From Cyanobacteria bacterium auto_48_18 (GTDB lineage: Bacteria > Cyanobacteriota > Vampirovibrionia > Obscuribacterales > Obscuribacteraceae): a DNA stretch of 64,000 nucleotides. Shown here piece after piece: positions 40,406-50,929 of the stretch. The DNA lies in contig JAVHQC010000030.1 of the NCBI GenBank assembly GCA_036170915.1, positions 66,421-130,420 of the forward strand. Reading direction: 5' to 3'. The notes under the pieces are model-generated. The model worked only from the letters and a program-made list of their open reading frames with translations, ran no database searches and was not told where the DNA came from. The number at the start of each line of letters is the position of its first letter. Positions within the stretch are counted from its first letter, which is position 1. Position numbers and translations under genes: made by a program.

Positions 40406-41488
40406 CTAAGAGGCGGTCTGGGCCGACTGGTATACATTCAAGCATTTTTCAAAAATAAAGTCAGAAGAAAGCTCGGTGAGACATTCTCTATTATCGCAAA
40501 CCTTGTGATAGTTGCACGGTCGGCAGGGCAAATCGACATCAAACACCGCTTGATTATTGGGGCCATAAGGCCTCCAGCGCACCGGGTCGGTGGGTCCGAA
40601 AATGGCAATGGTAGGCACCTGCGCAGCGGCACAAAGATGAGCTGGGCCCGAATCAACACAAACTGCCAGGTTCATCAAGCTATAAAGGGCCATACTTTCA
40701 CGCAAACTCAAACGCCCGGCAAAATTCAGGGCTGTGCCATCAAGTCCAGATAGCGCAGTTAACTCTTGATAGAGGGCTACATCTTGCTGATCGCCTGAAA
40801 ACACCGGAATCAAGCCCACTTCATTGTACAGCCGTTTAATTAATTTGCTCCAGCTGGCAAGTGGATAGAGCTTGTCTGGATGGGCGGCAGCCGCATGGAT
40901 GAGAACATATTTTTGTTTGGTAGACAAAGACGGCTCAAGTGCGCGCACTTTTTGCAGCTCAGCTTCAGAAACCCAGGCCTCTAGTGACCGCCCCGCGGGT
41001 GATACGTCAATTGAAACTGCTTCTAAAACAGAAAGTAGCGAATCTACCTCATGAATATCCTGGCGCCATTCCACTTTGTCGGTAAGCAAAAAATTGCGGC
41101 CGGTAGCAGCATAACCTACTCGCCTTTTTGCTCCTGTGAGAAAAGCCAGTAGAGCACTGGAAAAAGACCTTTTTAAAACAAAAACCAGATCATACTTGCG
41201 CTTACGTAATTGCCATATATAGGAAGCGAAGGTGCGCGCCTTGCCCTCTCCACTATCATATTTGTGAAAGCGAGTGGTGTCATAAACAATCTGCTCGTCA
41301 ATATACGGACAGCCATCAAGCACTTCGCCACTGCGCGGCCCAGTAAGTACATCTATGCGAGCACTGGGGTACGCACTGCGTAAATTGCGCAAAAATGGCA
41401 CGGTCAAAATGGTATCGCCGATGAAGCGATAGCGAATTACGAGAATTTGCTTTCCATCCGGTTTTGTTGCAATCTTTTGTTCTGTCAT
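40406..41488 (-). CDS. waaF: Glycosyltransferase family 9 (LPS heptosyltransferase II-like)
   Basis: IGDTILTVP, DSGPAHL, IFGPT, CRPC. ATG overlaps the lpxK stop (ATGA). Confidence 0.8.
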   Translation of the reverse strand: MTEQKIATKPDGKQILVIRYRFIGDTILTVPFLRNLRSAYPSARIDVLTGPRSGEVLDGCPYIDEQIVYDTTRFHKYDSGEGKARTFASYIWQLRKRKYDLVFVLKRSFSSALLAFLTGAKRRVGYAATGRNFLLTDKVEWRQDIHEVDSLLSVLEAVSIDVSPAGRSLEAWVSEAELQKVRALEPSLSTKQKYVLIHAAAAHPDKLYPLASWSKLIKRLYNEVGLIPVFSGDQQDVALYQELTALSGLDGTALNFAGRLSLRESMALYSLMNLAVCVDSGPAHLCAAAQVPTIAIFGPTDPVRWRPYGPNNQAVFDVDLPCRPCNYHKVCDNRECLTELSSDFIFEKCLNVYQSAQTAS

Positions 41489-42609
41489 TGGCGAGATTTG
41501 TCTAGAGAAAGCTTTGACGGCGATAGACGAAGACCAGCTAGGAAATCGGGCGCGGCCGGCAACCATTGACACTGAAGCACCAGTGCCCAGGTCTTGGCAG
41601 AGAGAGCCGGGGTTAATTTCATGCGCACAATATCTTTCTCTGTTGTCACCAACATATCGGCTCCACTGCCGACAAAGTCACTTTCAATTTCTGCCAGTTC
41701 TGCAGGGCTAAACCAATGGTGATCAGAAAATTGACGAGTTCTTATGGGCACCACACCTAGTGCCGCCAGCTCAGCTGCGAAAGCCTCTGGTCGTGCGATG
41801 GCACAAAGCGAATAAATCTTTTTACCGGCCAGCTCACTTAATTTCACCGGTTGTGGTGTTCGTCCATCGCTGGCATGACCGGTTAAATAGGCAGGAGCAA
41901 AGCGACATTGATAAATTTTGGCTTGCGGAGCGATTTCAGCCAATTGTCTGTAAGTTGCGTCTATTTTATCTGCTGGGGCGTCCACAGGAACTTTTGTCAT
42001 CACTATATGGCTGGCTCGATTAAGCCCCGCGAGTGGCTCACGCAGGCGTCCGGCGGGAACAATTCTGGCATTGAGCGGGCTATCGTTGTAATCCCACAAG
42101 ACTAGATCGAAATCGCGCCTGAGTTTGATATGTTGAAAACCATCGTCAAGAATAATAATTTGGGCGCCCAGCTCAAACACCGCTTTTTGCGCTGCCGCCA
42201 GTCTGGACGAACAGACTATGACTATGGCATCGCTCACTGATTGGGCAATTAAATAGGGCTCGTCACCAGCAGCTTCAACGTCGACTAAAGGCTCGCTGCC
42301 ACTGCCGTCGCTCACCACCACCAGGCCCTTGCTTTTACGACCATATCCTCTAGATAAAACCGCTACTTTATGCCCGCCAGAAGACAACCTTTCAGCCAGG
42401 TCGATGGTCAGGGGAGTTTTTCCAGTGCCACCAACTGTAATATTACCAACGCTGATTACTGGTACCGCTGCAGACCGGCGGCTGGCCAACCCCAGTGAAT
42501 AAGTCATCAGTCTGGCGTAAGCACCCAGCCCATAGCAAAATGCAAAAGGACGCATAGCAAATCTGACGGCTGGTGTATTCAGAAATGACAGTTTATTTAT
42601 GACAGACAC
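41485..42609 (-). CDS. lpxK: Tetraacyldisaccharide 4'-kinase
   Basis: VGNITVGGTGKTP, LSRGYG, GDEP, LDDGFQH, GRLREP, TTEKD. Confidence 0.94.
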   Translation of the reverse strand: MSVINKLSFLNTPAVRFAMRPFAFCYGLGAYARLMTYSLGLASRRSAAVPVISVGNITVGGTGKTPLTIDLAERLSSGGHKVAVLSRGYGRKSKGLVVVSDGSGSEPLVDVEAAGDEPYLIAQSVSDAIVIVCSSRLAAAQKAVFELGAQIIILDDGFQHIKLRRDFDLVLWDYNDSPLNARIVPAGRLREPLAGLNRASHIVMTKVPVDAPADKIDATYRQLAEIAPQAKIYQCRFAPAYLTGHASDGRTPQPVKLSELAGKKIYSLCAIARPEAFAAELAALGVVPIRTRQFSDHHWFSPAELAEIESDFVGSGADMLVTTEKDIVRMKLTPALSAKTWALVLQCQWLPAAPDFLAGLRLSPSKLSLDKSRQ

Positions 42610-42612
42610 AGC

Positions 42613-43926
42613 TTACCTTTTTGCCAGCGCTGCATGTGTCTCTTGCAAATTGTCACTGAGCATAGTCATGGCCTTGCTGAGGGCACCCTGACTGGCCTTG
42701 AGAATAGCGTGACCGGCAGCACCGTCTTTTATACGGCTGTCTTGATTTGCAAAATAACGCAGCAATGCGTCAACAACTTCGTCACTATTATTGCCGACAG
42801 TGATGGCACCACTATTAATCAGAGTATTCGCCACATCTCTTGTTTTATCAAGATCGGGGCCTACTGCCACTGGAATGCCGTAAGCGTAAGGCTCCATAAT
42901 ATTATGGCCACCTACAGGAGCAATAGTGCCACCAACAAAAGCGACACTGGCGAGAGAATAGAAATCAAATAGACGACCAATAACATCAAGCAAATAAACT
43001 TCGCGGCCAGAGTCAGCAAAACGCTCACCACGCGAGAAACGCCTCACTGTGTAGCCTGCCTGGTCCACCAGCGCTGCCACATGATCAAAACGTTCGGGAT
43101 GACGCGGCACCAGAATCAGTCTTACTGACGCTGCCTTTTCACCACCATTGGTATCAAGCATGCGACCATAAGCTTTAAGCATGGCAGTCTCTTCACCTTC
43201 ATGGGTCGAGCCTGCCACCAGAACAAAACAGTTTGGCGGTAAATTGATTTGCTCACGCAATTTGGCAATGGCATCTTCTGAAATGGGAGTGAGCCCATCA
43301 AACTTAAGATTACCAAGCACGCGCACTTTTACATTGCCGGCAACATCACTATAGCGTTTTGCTTCTTCCATCGACTGTACGCCAATTTCGGCATAACAAT
43401 TGAGTACCGGAGCAAAAAATTTGCGATGTCGAAAATATGATTTGAACGACTTGGGCGACATACGCCCGTTCACGACTAAAAGCTTGACGCCACGTTTTTT
43501 GCACTGATGTGAAAAGCCCGGCCAGATCTCAGTTTCTGAAATCACCACCATGCGCGGTTTTAGCAAAGCCAGATATTTTCCAGTAATCCAGGGCAAGTCA
43601 AAGGGGAAATAAAAAATCTCAGCAATACCAGCTAACTTCTCTTTTGCCAGAGCCTGCCCAGTAGCCGTTGTAGTCGAAACTACCAGCGGAAGGTGCGGAT
43701 ATTTATTGTGGAAAGTCTTTACCAGTGAAAGGACGGCGTTGAGCTCACCCACCGACACAGCATGAAACCAGACACAACCAGAAAGTTTGCTTCGGTTGGC
43801 GCTTAGATTTTTTGCCACGAAGCCTAATTTTTGCGCCAAACCTGCACGCGCTTTCTTCTTGAAGAGAAGAAAGGGCCCGGCTGCAAACAGCACAAGACTA
43901 AAGCAAAAATAGTAGAGAGCGATCAT
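42613..43926 (-). CDS. waaA: Kdo transferase
   Basis: WFHAVSVGE, ETEIWP, GNLKFD, AGSTHEGEE, VPRHPERF, GGHN. Confidence 0.94.
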   Translation of the reverse strand: MIALYYFCFSLVLFAAGPFLLFKKKARAGLAQKLGFVAKNLSANRSKLSGCVWFHAVSVGELNAVLSLVKTFHNKYPHLPLVVSTTTATGQALAKEKLAGIAEIFYFPFDLPWITGKYLALLKPRMVVISETEIWPGFSHQCKKRGVKLLVVNGRMSPKSFKSYFRHRKFFAPVLNCYAEIGVQSMEEAKRYSDVAGNVKVRVLGNLKFDGLTPISEDAIAKLREQINLPPNCFVLVAGSTHEGEETAMLKAYGRMLDTNGGEKAASVRLILVPRHPERFDHVAALVDQAGYTVRRFSRGERFADSGREVYLLDVIGRLFDFYSLASVAFVGGTIAPVGGHNIMEPYAYGIPVAVGPDLDKTRDVANTLINSGAITVGNNSDEVVDALLRYFANQDSRIKDGAAGHAILKASQGALSKAMTMLSDNLQETHAALAKR

Positions 43927-44019
43927 TTGCCACGCACAGCAATAGTTAGGCAACTAGTTAGGCTAAATATGTTATCTAATTAAGCTTCGATTAGAAAGAG
44001 TACTCATCTCATTTACAAA

Positions 44020-46599
44020 TCAAATCATATCAAGGGCGTCTACATCTACCGCCACATTCACCTGTGGGCCAAAGCGCCGCACTCTCATGTAATCGGTAAT
44101 CATGCGCTGAACGGCCTCGCCGCCTTTGTTTTTGATAATCAAGTGAAAGCGGAATCGCCCTTTAATGCGCTCAATCACACAAGGCACCGGCCCCAAAAGC
44201 TTAACATCATCTTCAGGCACGTCATCTTCTAGCAATCGACTGATTTCTTCAGCCAGAAGATCGCTGACAGACTCTACCAGTAGCTGGTCTTCACCAGTTA
44301 CGACAATGCGTATCAACTGACTGAAAGGCGGATACTCAAAGTCTCTGCGGCTGGCCAACTCTGGCCCAAAGAAACTTTCATAGTCATGCTTACTGGCCAG
44401 GCGCAAGGCTTCGAGCTCTGGTGCGTAGGTTTGCAAAATCACTTCGCCAACTCGCTCTCCGCGACCAGCGCGGCCGGCCACCTGAGTGAGAAGCTGAAAG
44501 CCCCTCTCAGTGGAACGATAGTCTGGCAAATTGAAAGCGGCGTCGGCAGTCAGTACGCCGACTAAAGTAACGCGCTCAATATCTAAACCTTTGGCGACCA
44601 TCTGTGTGCCGATTAGTATGTCGGCATCACCGCTGGAAAACTGATTGAGCACTTTCTCATAAGCGCCCTTCTTGGCCGCCACGTCTGAATCAAGCCTGAC
44701 CACGCGAGCATCTGCATGCCTGCGCCTGACCTCCATTTCGACCTTTTGAGTGCCCAATCCCGATTCTTTTAGAAATGGGCTCGAGCAAGCCGGGCATTCC
44801 TCTTTAAGTGATGAGCGAAAACCGCAATGGTGACAGGCTAAGTGGCCCTGCAGAGGCCCGTCTTCAGGGCTATTATTCCGCCTGTGCAAAGTCAAAGTAA
44901 CACTGCAATTTTTGCATTTGACCACGTGCCCGCAAAGCTGGCAAAAAACATGATTGGCAAAACCACGTCTGTTAATCAACAGCACAACTTGCTCTTGCCT
45001 CTCCATACGCTCGTCGATTGCTTTATCAAGTTGCGGAGAAAAGATTGCTTTTTTCCCGTCGGCAAATTCTTTGCGCATATCTACTAGCGTTACTTTCGGC
45101 ATGGCCTGCAGAAAAACACGATTTGGCATGGCCAAAATGCGGCCGTTCTCTTTCGCCCTCTGATAAGAAACAATATCAGGAGTGGCGCTGCCAAATAAGA
45201 CTAAAGCCCCTGTTCGGCGCGCCTTTTCAACCGCTACATCCCGGGCATTATAACGGGGACTGGGAGAAGATTGTTTGTATGAGCCGTCATGCTCTTCATC
45301 CAAAATAATCACACCCAGATCAGGTATATGGGCCAAAATAGCCGATCTTGCGCCAAGCAGCACTTTTACTTCGCCGGTGCGCAGTCGCTTCCAGGTGTCA
45401 TATCGTTCACCAGCACTGATGGCACTGTGCCAGGTAGCCACAAGTTTACCGAAGCGCGATTTCAGGCGCCCGGCCAGCTGTGGAGTAAGGCTGATTTCAG
45501 GCACCAGAAACAAAGCCGAGCGATCTTGTTTAAGTGCTTCTGTAATCAGTCGCAGATAAACTTCAGTTTTACCCGAACCTGTAACTCCATGCAAAAGCCA
45601 GGGCTGTACTGGTTCTACCAGTGATTGCTCTGTGCTCAGTGCAAGCCGTGCATCTAAGTCAGCTTTGAGTGTGGCAAAGACAATCGACTGTTCTGCCGTT
45701 AATGGCAAACCTTCACTGAGAGCCGCTCTATCAACAAATGACTGAGGCAAAGCATCGAGCGAATCACGGTGTACTTCTTGTCCATTGAGAAGTAAGACAC
45801 CATTTGCCACCATTTTGTCTACAGTGGCACGGCTGACACCCGCCGCAGTTGCCAGAGTGGCAATGGTGCAAAGCTTTTTTTCTAGTTCAAATGGTGCCAG
45901 AGCCTCAAGCACAGCTTTCTGTTTAGCTGTCTTGACCAGAGTTTCGGCTTCGCTAGCAGCAGTAACGTAAGTGACAACTTTTGCAGTGGTGGCACCCTCT
46001 TCTTCAACTTCAGATGTGACCAGTGCAACTTTAGCCAGATCGCGCAATGCAAGAGCAAATTGCGACAGGTCTAGTTTTGGCTGCATGCGCCTGGCAGTGC
46101 GCTCAAAACGTTGACGCAAAACGGTCATATTGAGCTGTTCTTTAGCAGTGTCTTTGAGCAAACTAATTAAAAGAGCCGGTGCGCGCCCTTGGGCGACAGC
46201 AAGCTGCTCGTCGCTGAAACTCGTAGCTCTGGTCAACTTGACAATGCGCTTAATTTTGGTGGTCAAACAAGCGGGAATCGCCGCAGCAATTACTTCTTGC
46301 AAGGAGGCGCAGTACTGTTTGCCAATGTAAGCGAGAAAATCTATGTAGTGTTGGTCGAACAGCGGCTCAGGCTCTACGACTTCATGAATATCTTTAATGG
46401 CGTAATCAGATTCGAAATAGTCAACTTGATCAACCACATAACCTGGAACCAGTTGCCTTGGGCCAAAGGGCACAATAACTTGCGCCCCGACAAAAACTCC
46501 GCCGAGCAAATGTTCAGGCACACGATAGGTAAAAAGCCTGTCTTTAAGCCCCTTTACCTGCACATCTAAAATTACACTGGCGAAATTACAGTCAGACAT
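44020..46599 (-). CDS. priA: Primosomal protein N'
   Basis: HGVTGSGKTEVY, DEEHD, CxxC clusters, GTQMVAKG, QVAGRAGR. Confidence 0.95.
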   Translation of the reverse strand: MSDCNFASVILDVQVKGLKDRLFTYRVPEHLLGGVFVGAQVIVPFGPRQLVPGYVVDQVDYFESDYAIKDIHEVVEPEPLFDQHYIDFLAYIGKQYCASLQEVIAAAIPACLTTKIKRIVKLTRATSFSDEQLAVAQGRAPALLISLLKDTAKEQLNMTVLRQRFERTARRMQPKLDLSQFALALRDLAKVALVTSEVEEEGATTAKVVTYVTAASEAETLVKTAKQKAVLEALAPFELEKKLCTIATLATAAGVSRATVDKMVANGVLLLNGQEVHRDSLDALPQSFVDRAALSEGLPLTAEQSIVFATLKADLDARLALSTEQSLVEPVQPWLLHGVTGSGKTEVYLRLITEALKQDRSALFLVPEISLTPQLAGRLKSRFGKLVATWHSAISAGERYDTWKRLRTGEVKVLLGARSAILAHIPDLGVIILDEEHDGSYKQSSPSPRYNARDVAVEKARRTGALVLFGSATPDIVSYQRAKENGRILAMPNRVFLQAMPKVTLVDMRKEFADGKKAIFSPQLDKAIDERMERQEQVVLLINRRGFANHVFCQLCGHVVKCKNCSVTLTLHRRNNSPEDGPLQGHLACHHCGFRSSLKEECPACSSPFLKESGLGTQKVEMEVRRRHADARVVRLDSDVAAKKGAYEKVLNQFSSGDADILIGTQMVAKGLDIERVTLVGVLTADAAFNLPDYRSTERGFQLLTQVAGRAGRGERVGEVILQTYAPELEALRLASKHDYESFFGPELASRRDFEYPPFSQLIRIVVTGEDQLLVESVSDLLAEEISRLLEDDVPEDDVKLLGPVPCVIERIKGRFRFHLIIKNKGGEAVQRMITDYMRVRRFGPQVNVAVDVDALDMI

Positions 46600-46707
46600 G
46601 TTTATCTCAAAAAGCGCCCTCTATATCTATACGATAAGCAAGGCATTAAAGTTCAATAGACAGCAATTCGACTGTTCGAAAAGCTGATAGAAGCTACCAA
46701 TACCTAG

Positions 46708-47202
46708 TTAAGCGCCAATGACGTATTTCTTCCAGTCATATTCCGCCCCACCAGCATGTTTCGAAATTTCGAAAACAACGTGCGACATAGGCCGTCTTGG
46801 CGTCGTATTCAATGGCATACCAGCTTCTTTCGGGGTACGATCGCCCTTTTTGACATTACAGCGCAGGCAAGCCGCCGCCACATTGTCCCAGCTATCGAGC
46901 CCACCACGCGAACGCGGAATAATGTGGTCGATAGTCAAATCGTGCCGCTTATCGCCACAGTACTGGCAGATGTAATTGTCTCTGTGCAGAATATTCCGAC
47001 GGGAAAGGCTGATTTCTTTGTAGGGGATTTTGACGTAAGAACGCAAGCGAATAACAGTAGGCAGCGGCAAATCTGTGTAGATTTCTTTGCCGTTGTTTTC
47101 GATTTGCTCCGCTTTTCCTTTCATCAACAAAACGACAGCGCGACGCCAGGTGCAGATGTTGAGGGGTTCATAGGATGCATTAAGCACTAAAACTTTGGAC
47201 AC
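46708..47202 (-). CDS. HNH endonuclease
   Basis: VLVLNASYEP, RDNYICQYCG, TIDHIIPRSRGG, CLRCNVKKG. Confidence 0.9.
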   Translation of the reverse strand: MSKVLVLNASYEPLNICTWRRAVVLLMKGKAEQIENNGKEIYTDLPLPTVIRLRSYVKIPYKEISLSRRNILHRDNYICQYCGDKRHDLTIDHIIPRSRGGLDSWDNVAAACLRCNVKKGDRTPKEAGMPLNTTPRRPMSHVVFEISKHAGGAEYDWKKYVIGA

Positions 47203-47341
47203 TGTGGCCTCTCAACGCTTTATCTTTTTTCTACTCTTCGACTCTTCGACTTTTCGACGATCCGGTTAGCAAAAGTTTACGTTGTATTATTATAACTAGT
47301 TATTGAAAAAGAGTCTAGAAATAGGCATATATGGGCTTTTG

Positions 47342-47659
47342 TGTTACAATCGTCCGCTGTCCTTTGCGGTGCTGGTCGGCTTTCAAGCCTGCTGTCGCCG
47401 CAACTGTTGTCGGCGCGAAGCCTTACGGGCACGCGCTTCACGGCAATTAAGCAAATTCGAGACGCTCCTGGACCAATTCTTAAGCGAACCGTTAAGGTTC
47501 TCTGCAGATTGCGGCCTGAGACGCCAGAGAGTGCTACCTTGAGGATCTTATGAACTCTGACGGTCCTACGGAAGACCGGCCAGCAAGCTTTAATGGCTTG
47601 ATTTTTGACAGTTCCGACATACCTACCGGCCTACACACTAACTAAGGAGCAAACTACCC
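47342..47659 (+). promoter_or_regulatory. rpsB promoter (extended -10 TGtTACAAT) and long structured leader
   Basis: TGTTACAAT at 47342-47350. Stems 47370-47379/47576-47585 and 47397-47406/47505-47515. AAGGAG RBS. Confidence 0.55.
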
Positions 47660-48508
47660 TTGCCAGTAGCATCGATGAGACAACTTTTGGAAGCTGGTGT
47701 TCACTTCGGTCACCAGACCCGCCGCTGGAATCCTAAGATGAGACCTTACATCTATGGTGAAAGAAACGGCATCTACATTATCGACCTCGAGCAAACCACT
47801 CGCGCTCTCGATAAGGCCTGTGAATACATTAGAAAATGCGCTTCCGAAAAGAAGAACGTAATTTTTGTCGGCACCAAGAAACAAGCTTCTGAAATCGTTG
47901 AAGAAGAAGCAAAACGTTGCGGAGCCCACTATGTAAACCGTCGCTGGTTGGGCGGCATGCTCACCAACTTCGAAACCATCAGACTGCGTATTGACCGTCT
48001 GAAAAAGCTTGAAGAAATGCGCGACAGCGGAGATCTTTTCCGTCGCGGTAAAAAAGAACAATCAGTTTTGAATCGCGAATTGCTCAAACTGGAAAAATCA
48101 CTTGGTGGTATCAAAACCATGCGTGGTAAGCCAGACGTGCTTTTCATCATCGATCAAAAACGTGAATTCATTGCTGTAAACGAAGCCAAGAAAATCGGCA
48201 TCGCCACTGTGGGTATCATTGATACCAACTGCGATCCAGACGGCATCGATTACGTTATTCCAGGCAACGACGACTCCATTCGTTCAATCAAACTGATTGT
48301 CGGCAAAATTGCTGACTCTATTCTTGAAGGCAAACAAGGCGCAGGCCATGTAGAGCCATTGAAAGAAAATGCTGATTGGAAAGAACACGGAGCTCAGCCA
48401 GCTGCAGAAGGTACCGAGCAAAACGGTGCTGAACCTCAAATGGCTAGTGTCGGAGCTTCAAGCGAAACGCCAGAAGCAGCTCCAGCAGCTGAAGCTAGCG
48501 AAGCCTAA
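47660..48508 (+). CDS. rpsB: 30S ribosomal protein S2
   Basis: [44 protein letters not shown]. Confidence 0.97.
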   Translation: MPVASMRQLLEAGVHFGHQTRRWNPKMRPYIYGERNGIYIIDLEQTTRALDKACEYIRKCASEKKNVIFVGTKKQASEIVEEEAKRCGAHYVNRRWLGGMLTNFETIRLRIDRLKKLEEMRDSGDLFRRGKKEQSVLNRELLKLEKSLGGIKTMRGKPDVLFIIDQKREFIAVNEAKKIGIATVGIIDTNCDPDGIDYVIPGNDDSIRSIKLIVGKIADSILEGKQGAGHVEPLKENADWKEHGAQPAAEGTEQNGAEPQMASVGASSETPEAAPAAEASEA

Positions 48509-48557
48509 GCCAAAAAATTTAATTCCCAATTTCCCCAACTTCAAAAGAGGATAGGAG

Positions 48558-49475
48558 ATGAGTACAGTGGTAGAAATATCTGCTTCCATGGTCAAAGACC
48601 TGCGCGAAAAATCAGGCGCAGCCATGATGGATTGCAAAAAAGCCCTGGTTGAAGCCACAGGCGATTTCGAAAAAGCATTCGAATTACTCAGACAAAAAGG
48701 CGCAGCATCGGCCAGCAAAAAATCTAGCCGGGCAACATCTGAAGGTCTGGTTGTTGGTTATGTGAGCCCAGACAACAAACTGGCTTCTCTAGTCGAAATC
48801 AATTGCGAAACCGACTTTGTTGCTCGCAACGAGCAGTTCGTGGCCCTCGGCAAACAAATTGCTGAACTAGCCGCAACCAAGAAACCAGCCGATGTCGAAA
48901 TTTTGATGACACTCAACTTGCCAGACGGCAAGAGCGTCAAAGATGCTGTAACTGAAACAATCGCTAAAATCGGCGAAAACATTTCGGTTAAGCGTCTGGC
49001 TGTGTTTGACCTGTCAAAACCTCATGGCATCACCGGCCTTTACATCCATACACTGGGTGGAAAAATGGGCGCCATCATTGAGATTGAAACAGACAAAGCA
49101 GCCGCCTCAGCTGCTGACCTGCAAGCTCTGGCACGTGAACTCGCCATGCATGTAGTTTCTGCTAAACCGACATTCCTCACCCGTGACGATATTTCAGCTG
49201 AAGTAATCGAAAACGAGCGCAGAATTGAGTTAGGCAAAGCTGACCTGGCTGACAAGAAGCCTGAGATGAAAGAAAAAATCGTCACCGGCCGCGTTGACAA
49301 GTTGCTGGCAGAGCGCGTTCTCAGCGAACAACCATTCGTTAAAGATCCGCAGCAGTCAGTCTCTAAATATCTCACTGCCAAAGGCAAAGAACTTGGCGTT
49401 GAAGCCAAAGTAGTGCGTTACGCTCTCTTCATTCTTGGCGACAACGCCTCTGAAGAAACCGAAGCCACAGCTTAA
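48558..49475 (+). CDS. tsf: Elongation factor Ts
   Basis: VKDLREKSGAAMMDCKKAL, EINCETDFVARN. Confidence 0.96.
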   Translation: MSTVVEISASMVKDLREKSGAAMMDCKKALVEATGDFEKAFELLRQKGAASASKKSSRATSEGLVVGYVSPDNKLASLVEINCETDFVARNEQFVALGKQIAELAATKKPADVEILMTLNLPDGKSVKDAVTETIAKIGENISVKRLAVFDLSKPHGITGLYIHTLGGKMGAIIEIETDKAAASAADLQALARELAMHVVSAKPTFLTRDDISAEVIENERRIELGKADLADKKPEMKEKIVTGRVDKLLAERVLSEQPFVKDPQQSVSKYLTAKGKELGVEAKVVRYALFILGDNASEETEATA

Positions 49476-49490
49476 GAATAAATCGACAAT

Positions 49491-49537
49491 ATAGATAGAC
49501 AGCCGTGATCGCGTTATGATCTGGCTGTCTTCTATTT
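49491..49537 (+). terminator. Hairpin (terminator or processing site) between tsf and pyrH
   Basis: atagatagacagcc / ggctgtcttctat imperfect inverted repeat. Confidence 0.5.
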
Positions 49538-49573
49538 AGAAGAGTTTTCGCAAGGATTTGCTAAGGAATCACC

Positions 49574-50290
49574 ATGGCCGTTCACTACAAAAGGATTCTC
49601 CTGAAGCTAAGCGGTGAGGCTCTTATGGGCACTCAAGGCTTCGGCATTGACCAGAACGAAATTAACCGCATCGCCAACGAAATAGCTATCGCATATAACC
49701 TGGGCGTACAAATAGCAGTAGTGGTGGGTGGCGGCAACATTTTCCGCGGCGTACAAGGCGCAGGCTGGGGCATGGACAAAGCTGCCGCCGATCACGTTGG
49801 TATGTTGGCAACGATCATGAACTGTTTGATTCTCGGCGAAGTGCTTAATAAAAAGGGCATCGACATCCGAGTGCAAACCGCCATTGCTATGCCCACCGTG
49901 GCCGAGCCATTCATTAGACTGCGGGCTATTCGGCACTTGCAGAAAAATCGTATTGTCATTCTTGGTGGCGGCACCGGCAACCCGCACGTCACCACCGACA
50001 CCGCAGCAGCCCTGCGTGCCGCTGAACTCAAAGCAGACGCAGTGCTGATGGCGAAAAACGGCGTAGACGGCGTTTACAGTGATGACCCACGCACGAATGC
50101 CAATGCAAAAAAATTAGATCGTATTAGTTTTGACGAAATGCTCAGGCAGGGTCTCAAAGTAATGGATCCAGCTGCAGTCTCTCTCTGTCAGCAAAACAAC
50201 ATTCCAATTTTAGTCTTCGATTTTGCCAAAGACGGCAGCATCGAAAAAATTGTTCAGGGTGAAGCGATCGGAACTATCGTCGGCAATTGA
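49574..50290 (+). CDS. pyrH: UMP kinase
   Basis: RILLKLSGEAL, GGGNIFRG, TTDTAAALRA, DGVYSDDP. Confidence 0.96.
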   Translation: MAVHYKRILLKLSGEALMGTQGFGIDQNEINRIANEIAIAYNLGVQIAVVVGGGNIFRGVQGAGWGMDKAAADHVGMLATIMNCLILGEVLNKKGIDIRVQTAIAMPTVAEPFIRLRAIRHLQKNRIVILGGGTGNPHVTTDTAAALRAAELKADAVLMAKNGVDGVYSDDPRTNANAKKLDRISFDEMLRQGLKVMDPAAVSLCQQNNIPILVFDFAKDGSIEKIVQGEAIGTIVGN

Positions 50291-50315
50291 GCTAGCTAGG
50301 AGAATTTAGAAATTC

Positions 50316-50876
50316 ATGAGTACAACTACCGAAGTCTTACAGAACGCAGAAGAACGCATGAAAAAGGCGCTGGTCTCTTTGCACAAAGAACTGCAAACGT
50401 TGAGAACAGGGCGTGCCAACCCACAAATGCTCGATCGCATTGAAGCAGACTACTATGGCACCATGACACCACTTAAGGGTCTGGCCAATATTTCCACCAG
50501 CGACGGCCGTTCACTTACCATTCAGCCTTACGACAAATCAAGCTTGAAAGCCATTGAACAGGCCATTCACAAATCAGATTTGGGCTTAACACCAAACTCT
50601 GACGGTAGCGTGATTCGCATCGGCATTCCACAAATGACCGAAGAGCGGCGCAAAGAAATGGGCAAAATGGTAAAAAAAATCGGTGAAGAATCGCGCGTGG
50701 CAGTGCGCAACATTCGCCGCGATTGCGATCAAGACTTGAAAAAAATGAAAGGCGCTCAGATTTCAGAAGATGAAATCAAAGACAAAGAAGAAGCCTTGCA
50801 AAAAATTACTGACAAATTCGTCAAAGAAATTGATAAGTACATTCACGACAAAGAAGCAGAACTGATGGAAGTCTAA
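50316..50876 (+). CDS. frr: Ribosome recycling factor
   Basis: LRTGRANP, SDLGLTP, TEERRKE, RVAVRNIRR. Confidence 0.96.
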   Translation: MSTTTEVLQNAEERMKKALVSLHKELQTLRTGRANPQMLDRIEADYYGTMTPLKGLANISTSDGRSLTIQPYDKSSLKAIEQAIHKSDLGLTPNSDGSVIRIGIPQMTEERRKEMGKMVKKIGEESRVAVRNIRRDCDQDLKKMKGAQISEDEIKDKEEALQKITDKFVKEIDKYIHDKEAELMEV

Positions 50877-50929
50877 ATTTGCTTGCAATTGCAACTAGCA
50901 AATAATTGGCTTAATCTGGAGGATGAAAT

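Noticed and set aside
47450..47570. Group I intron-like P/Q/R/S words in the rpsB leader
   Set aside because: No convincing P3/P7 pseudoknot or splice sites; the pairings are explained by simple hairpins.
50877..50929. glmS ribozyme
   Set aside because: The intergenic gap is only about 53 bp and has no ribozyme core.
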